This document shows positions 38,833 through 47,581 of a DNA stretch of 64,000 nt, in pieces. The stretch covers positions 16,485 to 80,484 of the forward strand of contig QMQO01000002.1 of the NCBI GenBank assembly GCA_003650545.1, written 5' to 3'. Position 1 is the first letter of the stretch, and every line of letters begins with the position of its first letter. Position numbers and translations under genes: made by a program. Below the pieces are notes generated by a model. That model was given only the letters and a program-made list of their open reading frames with translations. It had not been told where the DNA came from and did not search any database. This DNA is from Candidatus Woesearchaeota archaeon. Its GTDB lineage: Archaea; Nanobdellota; Nanobdellia; Woesearchaeales; B72-G16.

Positions 38833-39168
38833 ATGGAATCAGAACAAACAAAAAAGGAGAATGAAAGCGAGGAAAAGAGTCCGCAGGAAAGGTTTGAACA
38901 GCATGAGTTCCGCAACATAACCATATATCACATGCACAAGGAATTGGTTAAGGAATTCAAGGAATGGTGCAAGATTCATGCTGGCAACAAGTTTCCTGCA
39001 GGGATTCAACTCTTGCTTTCAAGAGCCAAGGCATTTGACCTGCTAACAACAATGGAAAGCAGGATAAAAGCTTTGGAACAACAAGTCGCCCTGCTATCTC
39101 AAGGGCGCAAGAGTGTCGAGGAACACTCAGAACAAAAAACAGAGGTAAAGACTATTGGAGGGAATTAA
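38833..39168 (+). CDS. tail assembly chaperone (first of pair)
   Basis: Position immediately upstream of the tape-measure gene. Confidence 0.4.
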   Translation: MESEQTKKENESEEKSPQERFEQHEFRNITIYHMHKELVKEFKEWCKIHAGNKFPAGIQLLLSRAKAFDLLTTMESRIKALEQQVALLSQGRKSVEEHSEQKTEVKTIGGN

Positions 39169-39499
39169 TATGACAAACAGATACACGCTTCAAGAATTAT
39201 TGGCAAAATCAGGCGAAAAGAAAAGGATAGAAGTTCCTTACGAGGACGGCATAGTGGAGATGGAAATAACGCCAGTGACATTTGGACCTGTCAGCAGGAT
39301 TCAGAATGATAAAACTGATGATACTACAATGACAAGAGAGATGATCAAGACAGCAACTGGCCTGACGGATGAGCAAATTGACAAGCTGCCACTAGGTTTT
39401 GTCCCAGCGCTTGGAGAAGCAATATCAAAAGCCTCAGGGCTTGACAAAGTGACTCAAAAACGTGCGGAGCGTTTTCCAAGTCCTCAGAAGGAAAACTGA
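39155..39499 (+). CDS. tail assembly chaperone with candidate -1 frameshift extension ORF (39497-39649)
   Basis: An about 50-codon ORF (LIYILLRHYGMSWDEIRNLTMPQVYFMLAAYNED...) follows in the -1 frame. Its start overlaps an A-rich stretch gaaggaaaactga at the stop. Confidence 0.45.
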   Translation: MEGINMTNRYTLQELLAKSGEKKRIEVPYEDGIVEMEITPVTFGPVSRIQNDKTDDTTMTREMIKTATGLTDEQIDKLPLGFVPALGEAISKASGLDKVTQKRAERFPSPQKEN

Positions 39500-39686
39500 T
39501 CTACATCCTTCTGAGGCATTACGGGATGAGCTGGGATGAAATAAGGAACTTGACAATGCCGCAAGTATATTTCATGCTAGCAGCCTATAATGAGGACATA
39601 AAACAAAGGAACAAGCAAATGAAAAAAGCAAGGAGAAAGAGATGATATTCCTGCGAGGTCGGGTGAACTAAAATGAGTCGTGAAAC

Positions 39687-42600
39687 ATGGTTGAATCAGT
39701 ACGCATCAAGTTCAAGGGAGAAGACAGCGTCTCACCAGCACTGTCAAGAATCAACGCAGGAATTAGTAGATTAAGCTCTAAAATAGGCAGTGTTGGAAAA
39801 ACTTTCTCCAGCTTCAACAAAAAACTCCTTCTCGGTTTCACGGCAATAGGAACCGCACTAACAGCGCTGGGAATAAAAGCCATAAAGAGTTTCGGAGAGT
39901 TTGACAGGCAAATAAAGAGAGTTCAAGTCCTGGCTGGAGGGACGGAAAAAGACTTCAAAAGGCTTGCTGATACCGCATTCAAATTAGGATCAAGCACGGC
40001 TTTTTCAGCTCAAGAAGTTGCTGAGGCGTTTGAAGAATTTGCCAAGGCAGGATTTTCTGTCAATCAGATTCTTGACGCTTCAGAAGCAACTCTCGGTTTG
40101 GCAACTGCTGGGAATCTCAGCCTTGCTGAAGCAGTCAATATCGCGGTGGCTGCTTTGAATGCTTTTGGAAGAGAAGCAGAAGATATGAACAGCGTTGCCA
40201 CAATACTTACAACAGCATTCACAAATTCCGCTCAAACACTGCAAGACTTGGGACAAGCGTTGAAGTTCGTCGCTCCTTTGGCTTCAAGCCTTGGCATAAG
40301 CCTTGAAGAAGTAAGTGCGGCTCTTGGAGCTCTTGCTCAGGTCGGAATAAGAAGCAGCATAGCTGGAACAAGCTTGAACCAGGCATTGTTGCAATTGTTA
40401 AGGCCAACTGCTGAGTCATCAGAGATTATGGAGGATCTCGGAGTTTCTTTTTTCACTTTGAATGAAGCAGGCCAAGCTGCAAGGGCAACCATTCAAGCAA
40501 CAAAGGATGAGTTCAACGCTTTGAAAGAGAGAGTAAGAGAAAGCGATATCGAGGTTGCTGAGTTAGGGTCTAAACTGGCAGAAGCGAAAAGGCAGCTGAA
40601 AGCCTTTGGCGGTGAGACAGGAAGTTCAGAGAGCTTGTCAAAGAGTCTGAAAGTGCTGCAGGCTCAGTTTGACGAGGCAAGACTGAGAAACAAGGAACTT
40701 CGTGATTCATTAGAAGCTCAAGAGAAAACATTTGAAAGTCTCAGGAGACAAGTAAGGGAAGGCTCTCTTGAGTTCGTGGGATTAAGAGACGCTGCCAGGC
40801 AATTGAATGAGGCATTCAAGAAAATGGATGCTTCAACGATACAGAAGGCAACAGCGCTTGTTCAAATTTTCAAGGTCAGGGGAGCAAGATCCTTTCTTAC
40901 TCTTACAAAAGAACTTGAAGAGTTTGACAGGCTTTTCAATATCATCGCTGCAACTGAGTTAAGGACAGAACTTCTTGACGAGGGCAGCCTTAAGGCAGCT
41001 CTTTCCGCCCAGGACAGTTTCGCAAGGCAGTTCGGCATAACCTTTGAGAAGCTTGTCGCCAATGCTACCAAAGTGCCTGAAGGTGTTGACAAGGCACTGA
41101 GGGATGCAAAACTTGATGAGAGGGCAAGGGACATATTCAGAAACCTGAGGAACGAGATCAAGGCTCTGGGCTTGGAAAGCGAAGCAATAGAAGCGGTTCT
41201 TTCTGACTTCTTGCCTTTGGATGCTGTCAAGGATTTCAGAAAGATCATTCAACTTACAGATGAGGACTTTGAGAAGTTCCTTGAGAACATTAATGCTGCT
41301 AATCAGGATGCTCAAACATTGAACAAAACGCTTCTTCAGAATCTTGGAAGTGCTTTGGAAGAGTTGCAGGACACAATAACGACCACTTTCATCAGGATCG
41401 GCGGAGCGATAGCCGAAAGACTTGACCTTAGCGATGTAGTGAGAAACATCCAGCAATCCATAGAAGATTTCTCAACAGGAGGCGGAGTTGAAAGACTTGC
41501 TGACAGATTAGTCTCTGTTTTCAGGACAATAAGCTCTTTCTTCAAAGGCATTGGAAAAGGGTTCAAGCAAGTTTTCACACCAGACATTGTAGCGAACCTT
41601 AAGAACGCATTTGTCAAGAACTTTGGAACTATTCAGAAAGAGGCATCTAACTTTGGCACCATCCTGGGAAGGATATTCGGAAGCATAGTCAAAGGAGGAG
41701 CAGAACTCATCACAAGAATTCTTAATGCTAACCTCATAGAAAACGCTAGCACAGCCTTCAAGAAACTTGGAAACGTGCTTGAGAAGATAGGGCCTGTTAT
41801 TGGGGCTGTTGCTGCTGGATTTGTGATATTGTCTCCTGTTCTTGGACCTCTCTTTTTCATTCTCAGCAAAGTAGTCGGAGTTTTTGGCTTGTTAATAAGA
41901 GGGCTTAGTGGAGCCGGGAAGGCAATTGCTTCCTTGTTTGGAGGAGTTGGAAAACTTTCATCTTTGTTTGGAGGGGTTGCTGGGAAAGCTGCGAGCGTTG
42001 GTTCTGCTGCCGTGAGTGCCACTACTGGCACGACAGGGTTCTTGGCTAAATTAAGCGCTTTGGGTTCTACCATTAGCAGCATATTCTCTGCGATAGGAAG
42101 CGCATTAGGAGTTACTGCCGGAACAGCAGCTGCCATTGTTGTTGCAATAGTTGGCACAATAATAGGGTTCATCAATCAAGTAAGGCAGAATTTTCTCGGG
42201 CTCGGAGATGACTTCAAAGTTATTTTTGGGGCAATAATCAATGTTTTCAAGGCCATTGGCAGTGCGATCATTGAGAATTTTGTTGATGTTGGCAAACTCT
42301 TGAAACCAATATGGGATGGCATAAAAGAAACTTTCAATGGGTTAGGCAAGATTCTGGCAAGCCTGGTGGCAATAGTCATCAAGCCCTTTGCTAACGGATT
42401 AAGGGAAGCAGGTCAGCAAGGCATTAACAGCTTTGAGATTATAAAAGCACTTGTTTCAATATTGTTCGCCCCATTGAAATTAGTTCTCACTCTTGTCGGA
42501 AGCGTACTCAAGGCAATAGGAGCGATAGTCAATTTCATAGGCGACTTAATAGGGGGCATTGTCGAGTTCGGATTCGCAGTGGCAGATGCTTTCAAGAGAT

Positions 42601-43799
42601 TCAGGGAAGAAGGATTCTCAGCCTTTAATGAAGTAGGCGACTTGGCAAAGAAAATAGGGCTGTCAATTCTCAAATCATTCATAGGAGCTATTGATTCAAT
42701 GATTAACATCTTCATTGATCTTATCAATGAATTGATCAATGTTGCTCGAAAGATTCCTCTCTTGAACAAGCTAATTGGTGACAATTTCAAGATAGACAAG
42801 AATGTCCTAAGCAACTTGCTCGGATTCACTAAGGAAGCTGAAAAAGCAGTTCTTCCAACCGTTGAACAAGGAAAGTCTGCTGGTTTTTCGTTTGCTTCAT
42901 CAGCAAGAACAACCTTGACAGCAGAGAGCGGAGCAGTAACAGAAGCTGCAATTCAACCATTCAAACAGGCAAGCGCAGACGTTACTGAACTTGGTTTTCA
43001 GACTGTGTCAAATTTCACTTTGCCTTTCAAGGACCCAGTGAACGTTAATGCTGCCAGAGCAGATGTCATGAGCATATTTCCTGATCAGGCTCAAGCATCT
43101 CAAATGGGAAGAGATTTTGGAAGAGCGTTCTTCACAGGTCTTGCTGAAGGAGTTCAATCTTTGGCAGAAATTTTTCAGGAAAACATAAAGCCCGTCTTTA
43201 TCACTATGAATGACGCATTGAAAGATTTCATTGCATTGTTCCTGAGAAACTTGTTCACATTAAAACTTGTTCCTGTATTCTTGCAGAACCTTGCTGCCAG
43301 AATGTTTGACATATTTGTTGGAGGATGGCACGCAATGTTCACTGCAGTGATTGACATTACTGAGAATTCCATTAACACAATGCTTTCCAATCTTCAGAAA
43401 TTTTTCAATCAGCTTGTCTCTGTTGTGAACAGGCTGATTGCAGAATACAACAGAGCTGCTGCCGTTCTCTCAAGAGATATCACAAGAACAAGGATAAGGA
43501 GAGTCAGGAGAAGAACGAAGTCTGGGAAGATAAGGACCAGGATCATAAGAACCAGAGAAGTGCTGTTCAAAGGAGTGAACATTCCGAGACTGAGAGCATT
43601 TTCTCCAGTGAACCTGACTCCTCTCCAATTGGAGAGGCCAGAACTTCCAACGCCACCGCAAGGAGTTTCTGTCAATGCAGGCGGTTTCACTGTCAACATA
43701 GAGAACTTCAACGCATCTTCTGAGGCTGATAAGCAGAAACTGTTTGCTGAGATTGACGCATTCATAGCAAGAAAACTTGGGGAATTGGTGAGACTATGA
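39687..43799 (+). CDS. tape measure protein
   Basis: 1370 aa. Ala/Gly/Leu-rich with multiple hydrophobic G/A-rich segments. Lies between the chaperone pair and the baseplate genes. Confidence 0.8.
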   Translation: MVESVRIKFKGEDSVSPALSRINAGISRLSSKIGSVGKTFSSFNKKLLLGFTAIGTALTALGIKAIKSFGEFDRQIKRVQVLAGGTEKDFKRLADTAFKLGSSTAFSAQEVAEAFEEFAKAGFSVNQILDASEATLGLATAGNLSLAEAVNIAVAALNAFGREAEDMNSVATILTTAFTNSAQTLQDLGQALKFVAPLASSLGISLEEVSAALGALAQVGIRSSIAGTSLNQALLQLLRPTAESSEIMEDLGVSFFTLNEAGQAARATIQATKDEFNALKERVRESDIEVAELGSKLAEAKRQLKAFGGETGSSESLSKSLKVLQAQFDEARLRNKELRDSLEAQEKTFESLRRQVREGSLEFVGLRDAARQLNEAFKKMDASTIQKATALVQIFKVRGARSFLTLTKELEEFDRLFNIIAATELRTELLDEGSLKAALSAQDSFARQFGITFEKLVANATKVPEGVDKALRDAKLDERARDIFRNLRNEIKALGLESEAIEAVLSDFLPLDAVKDFRKIIQLTDEDFEKFLENINAANQDAQTLNKTLLQNLGSALEELQDTITTTFIRIGGAIAERLDLSDVVRNIQQSIEDFSTGGGVERLADRLVSVFRTISSFFKGIGKGFKQVFTPDIVANLKNAFVKNFGTIQKEASNFGTILGRIFGSIVKGGAELITRILNANLIENASTAFKKLGNVLEKIGPVIGAVAAGFVILSPVLGPLFFILSKVVGVFGLLIRGLSGAGKAIASLFGGVGKLSSLFGGVAGKAASVGSAAVSATTGTTGFLAKLSALGSTISSIFSAIGSALGVTAGTAAAIVVAIVGTIIGFINQVRQNFLGLGDDFKVIFGAIINVFKAIGSAIIENFVDVGKLLKPIWDGIKETFNGLGKILASLVAIVIKPFANGLREAGQQGINSFEIIKALVSILFAPLKLVLTLVGSVLKAIGAIVNFIGDLIGGIVEFGFAVADAFKRFREEGFSAFNEVGDLAKKIGLSILKSFIGAIDSMINIFIDLINELINVARKIPLLNKLIGDNFKIDKNVLSNLLGFTKEAEKAVLPTVEQGKSAGFSFASSARTTLTAESGAVTEAAIQPFKQASADVTELGFQTVSNFTLPFKDPVNVNAARADVMSIFPDQAQASQMGRDFGRAFFTGLAEGVQSLAEIFQENIKPVFITMNDALKDFIALFLRNLFTLKLVPVFLQNLAARMFDIFVGGWHAMFTAVIDITENSINTMLSNLQKFFNQLVSVVNRLIAEYNRAAAVLSRDITRTRIRRVRRRTKSGKIRTRIIRTREVLFKGVNIPRLRAFSPVNLTPLQLERPELPTPPQGVSVNAGGFTVNIENFNASSEADKQKLFAEIDAFIARKLGELVRL

Positions 43800-44179
43800 A
43801 ATTAATGGATGAAAATCAAACGCAGGACCTTTTCGTTTTCAACAATACTGACAAGGCTATAACAAGCCTTGAAACAAAGGATAAGATCATATGGATAGAA
43901 CATGAAATTCCAAACAGGACAGGCAACATAAGGCACTTTATGGGAACGGGAGATGGAGACATCGTATTGACTGGCAAGCTTCTTGGGACGCATCAGGACA
44001 AGGTAAACAACAAGGAAACGCTAAGAAATCTTGCTCTTGCTGGGACTATCTTGTATCTTGATTCAGAAGGGTATGCTGACAACCTCAATGGCAAGTATGT
44101 GATAACTGAAATCGAGATTCCTGAAAGGGGAGGGGAGCCTTGGGATTTCACAATTGTGCTGACGCAATTCAATAATTGA
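43796..44179 (+). CDS. putative distal tail protein
   Basis: ATGA-coupled after the tape-measure gene. Confidence 0.4.
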   Translation: MKLMDENQTQDLFVFNNTDKAITSLETKDKIIWIEHEIPNRTGNIRHFMGTGDGDIVLTGKLLGTHQDKVNNKETLRNLALAGTILYLDSEGYADNLNGKYVITEIEIPERGGEPWDFTIVLTQFNN

Positions 44180-46737
44180 AAATGGTAGAACCTCACAAAC
44201 CCGTTTTCAAAGTCTATGTTGACAATGGGAACGGATGGCAAGACGTAAGCGACAATGTTGTTAAATGGGACTCTTCAGTAGCTGTAACTACGAAGACCAA
44301 TACTGCATCACTAACTTTTGATTATGGAGTTCTTCAGCAAGTTCAGCAGCTTGATTCCTCTGCAAAAATCAAGATTGAGGCGGGTTATGACAGCAACAAC
44401 CTCAAGCTTATCTTTGATGGCTTAATAAGAAACATAAGGAAGAGCAACACGAAAGAGGATTTTGATGTTGACGCTGATGATTATTCTGTTTTTATGCTTG
44501 ATAGGTTCATAACCGATGCTTTTGAGAATATCAAGGCTGTGGATATCATTAAGGACATTCTTTCTGAGAAAATTCCAGAGTATGTTTGGGATGCTGATTC
44601 CTTTGATGATCACGAATTCATTGTTGAGAAGATAGCTTTTGAAGACAAGCCAATAATCGAGATCATAGAGTACCTCGCAGAACTCATTGGCTTTGATTTT
44701 TGGGTGGAAAGCGATGGCAATGGAACTATCAAGTTCTTCTGCAAAGTTAGGAAGAGCATAGAATCTGATTTTGTTCTTGAAAGAGGAAAAAATCTCAAAA
44801 GCCTTATATTCATAGAGGACAAGAGCCAAATGTTTAATAGGGTTATTGTTGAAGGTGACAAAAGAGAGTTTTCCACGAAAGAAGACTTCACAGGGGATGG
44901 GACAACAAAAGATTTTGTCCTAAGGTTCAGACCTCATAATGTTCGGGTGATTGTTAATGGAACGATTCTTCAGGGAGGAGTCGAAGGCATATCGCAGAAC
45001 CCTGATTTCTTTGTTGATTTTTTCAACAAGAAAGTTACTTTTGTGAATGCTCCTCAAGCAGGATCGAGCATTGAAATAGAATACGCTTATGACATTCCCA
45101 TTAAGGTAGAAGTTACTGACTTTGCTTCAATCTCTAAATATGGTGAAAGGGTTCAACTGATAAAAAACAAGAACATTAAGGAAAAAGCAGAAGCAAAGAG
45201 ATTTGCCAGGGAGTACATCAAAAGGTACGGTAAGCCCTTGTTCATAGCAGAAGCTGAAGCGCCAGCAAGTATAGATTTCAGTGTGGGAGATGTCATTACA
45301 GTAAAGGACTTGGCAAAAGGAATAAATAATTCAATGCAAGTGTTGGAATGCACTTATTCTTATTCAAAGACGGAAGGATTCAATTCATCCCTGAAACTTG
45401 CTCAAACAGAACAAACAGGATCAAACGTTCTCAAGGATATAATATTGAGACTTAAGCAACTTGAAGAACTTCTTAAGGGAGATGTTGAGGTAGTAACAAA
45501 ACTCACAACTTTTGAGGAAACAATAACTATCAGAATAAAGAGAATCACGGCAAAGAAAAGGCAGCTTCTTGAAGGGTTCAGTTGGAGCAGGGACGGAGTT
45601 TGGAGCGGGAATGATTGGGGAGTCGACAATTTCGTGAGTTATGAAACATTCTTTGAGTATGGAGATAAGGATGTCCTGCAAAAAGATTTCAATGTCATCC
45701 GGGAAGAAGAACTAAGGGTTGAGGTTCTGTTCAGTCCAGAACTTGATAAGATTCTTGTATGGTCTCTTGGAGATTGGACTAAGGATTCTTGGTCAGGAGA
45801 AACTGAATTCATTGTTCCAACACCGACTTTCCTTAAGGAGATAATTGACGAACTCAAGAGCGATCTTGAAAGGACGGCTTTCAATCTTTCAGTGCACCCA
45901 GATTACAGTTCAGCAACCATTTGGAGCTTGAATGGAGGCAGTCCGCCTTATTGGTCAAAAATAGGATTCACAAGAACATTGTCTCCAGCAGGGCCAACCC
46001 AGCAGACGCATGATAAGGCAGTGACAGATCTGGCTTCATCTGATGAAAGACTTGGATTCGAGTTAAGAATTGAACCTGCACTTGATGATAAGACTCCTGT
46101 CTGGAGCATGAATTATGTATGGAGTGAGACTGGAACTGAAGCAGCAATAAGTGTTCCTGAATTCAAGAAATATGCTTCTGAATTGCTCAATGCCAGTGAA
46201 AGATTAACGCTTGCTCAGGAATTCCTGTCATTCCTTGATGATGAACTTGCTTGGAGCAGATCAAGATGGAGCAAGAGTCCAGCAATTGAGTTCGTGGAAA
46301 CAGAAAATGTTATTTTGAAAGAAATAGATGATAATATCATAAGCGGGGAGAAAATCTCCTTCAAGCTTAACGAACCAGAAGACGGGTTCTTCTGGAGCAT
46401 GAGGGCCTGGAGCACGGATGACTGGGGGAACATCCCTCAAAATCTTGCTCAGCAGGACATACAGAATAGAATCGTAAGCGATGATTTGGTTTCTGAAGAC
46501 AGCATAAAGATGGAGCTGTCGCTTGATTCATCCTTCCACGGATGGAGTCTCAAGATTTGGAGCAAAGACGGATGGATTAAGTTTGAGCAACCAGCACCTC
46601 AGCAAAGCACTCACTTGAAGACTGAGGAAGAATTGCTGGCAATAACAGAGAGGAAAGGGTTTGAGAGCATATTGAGTCTCAACCCGCAAACAGAGTTAAT
46701 CAATACAAAATCAAAATGGAGTGAGGCAGCATGGTAG
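44176..46737 (+). CDS. tail/baseplate structural protein (853 aa), Trp/Ser-rich C-terminal repeats
   Basis: Position. Repeated W-S-x-D/W-G motifs. Confidence 0.45.
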   Translation: MKMVEPHKPVFKVYVDNGNGWQDVSDNVVKWDSSVAVTTKTNTASLTFDYGVLQQVQQLDSSAKIKIEAGYDSNNLKLIFDGLIRNIRKSNTKEDFDVDADDYSVFMLDRFITDAFENIKAVDIIKDILSEKIPEYVWDADSFDDHEFIVEKIAFEDKPIIEIIEYLAELIGFDFWVESDGNGTIKFFCKVRKSIESDFVLERGKNLKSLIFIEDKSQMFNRVIVEGDKREFSTKEDFTGDGTTKDFVLRFRPHNVRVIVNGTILQGGVEGISQNPDFFVDFFNKKVTFVNAPQAGSSIEIEYAYDIPIKVEVTDFASISKYGERVQLIKNKNIKEKAEAKRFAREYIKRYGKPLFIAEAEAPASIDFSVGDVITVKDLAKGINNSMQVLECTYSYSKTEGFNSSLKLAQTEQTGSNVLKDIILRLKQLEELLKGDVEVVTKLTTFEETITIRIKRITAKKRQLLEGFSWSRDGVWSGNDWGVDNFVSYETFFEYGDKDVLQKDFNVIREEELRVEVLFSPELDKILVWSLGDWTKDSWSGETEFIVPTPTFLKEIIDELKSDLERTAFNLSVHPDYSSATIWSLNGGSPPYWSKIGFTRTLSPAGPTQQTHDKAVTDLASSDERLGFELRIEPALDDKTPVWSMNYVWSETGTEAAISVPEFKKYASELLNASERLTLAQEFLSFLDDELAWSRSRWSKSPAIEFVETENVILKEIDDNIISGEKISFKLNEPEDGFFWSMRAWSTDDWGNIPQNLAQQDIQNRIVSDDLVSEDSIKMELSLDSSFHGWSLKIWSKDGWIKFEQPAPQQSTHLKTEEELLAITERKGFESILSLNPQTELINTKSKWSEAAW

Positions 46738-47192
46738 AAGGAAAAGACACTCTTAAGGCAAAAGGAACTGTGAACATCAAGGTCATCCAAAAAGATGGCA
46801 AGGTCATTGAGAGCATGACCATAAACAAAGTTGTTGATTTGGGCATTGAGGCATTGCTTCAACACATTAATGGAAACTATTCCAGTCTTATCAGCCATTT
46901 CAAGATCGGAACTGGAACAACTGCTCCTGCAGGAACTGACACTGATGTTGAGAACGGTGTTGAATTTGACACAGGAATAACCACAAAGGCATTTGACAAC
47001 GTCAGTTTTCCCTCAGCGAAAGAAGTCAAGTATCAATTAACAGTGGACTTCACTGAAGGCAATGGCAACACGCTGAGCGAAGTGGGATTGTTCTTCGCTG
47101 ACAACAGAATGTTTTCCCGTTTTGTGCATCAGGGAATTAACAAGACGAGTTTCATCAAGATAGTGTTCCAATACACGATCAAGATAGAATAA
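46731..47192 (+). CDS. hypothetical tail protein
   Basis: Position only. Confidence 0.35.
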   Translation: MVEGKDTLKAKGTVNIKVIQKDGKVIESMTINKVVDLGIEALLQHINGNYSSLISHFKIGTGTTAPAGTDTDVENGVEFDTGITTKAFDNVSFPSAKEVKYQLTVDFTEGNGNTLSEVGLFFADNRMFSRFVHQGINKTSFIKIVFQYTIKIE

Positions 47193-47204
47193 GGAGGCTA
47201 AGAA

Positions 47205-47552
47205 ATGGTATTCACCAATGCTGGCAAGCAACAAATCCTGGAAGCGCTAAAGAATCAGATCACTCACGTGGCATTAGGGACTGGACAAAATACCGACACG
47301 GAATTCGCTACAAGTCTGGGGAACGAAACTTTCAGGAAGCCAGTGACAGACAAAACAATAGAGACTGAAACCAATAGCATTGACATAGAATGCTTCTTGG
47401 GTTCAAGCGAGGGGAACGGAAATGATTTCTCTGAACTTGGGCTGCTTGACTCTCCTAGCGGAGGAAACTTGTTCGTGATCACTAATTTCCCTCCAGAAAG
47501 CAAAACCCCGCTTCTTGAGTGGTTAATAGACATCGTGATTGAGATAAAATAA
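47205..47552 (+). CDS. hypothetical tail protein
   Basis: aaggagg SD. Confidence 0.35.
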   Translation: MVFTNAGKQQILEALKNQITHVALGTGQNTDTEFATSLGNETFRKPVTDKTIETETNSIDIECFLGSSEGNGNDFSELGLLDSPSGGNLFVITNFPPESKTPLLEWLIDIVIEIK

Positions 47553-47581
47553 CATAAAGAAAGAAATATGAGGTGATTATT

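Noticed and set aside
40219-43765. Multiple minus-strand ORFs inside the tape-measure gene
   Set aside because: Antisense shadow ORFs within a 4.1-kb GC-richer, Ala/Gly-rich gene. No independent signals.
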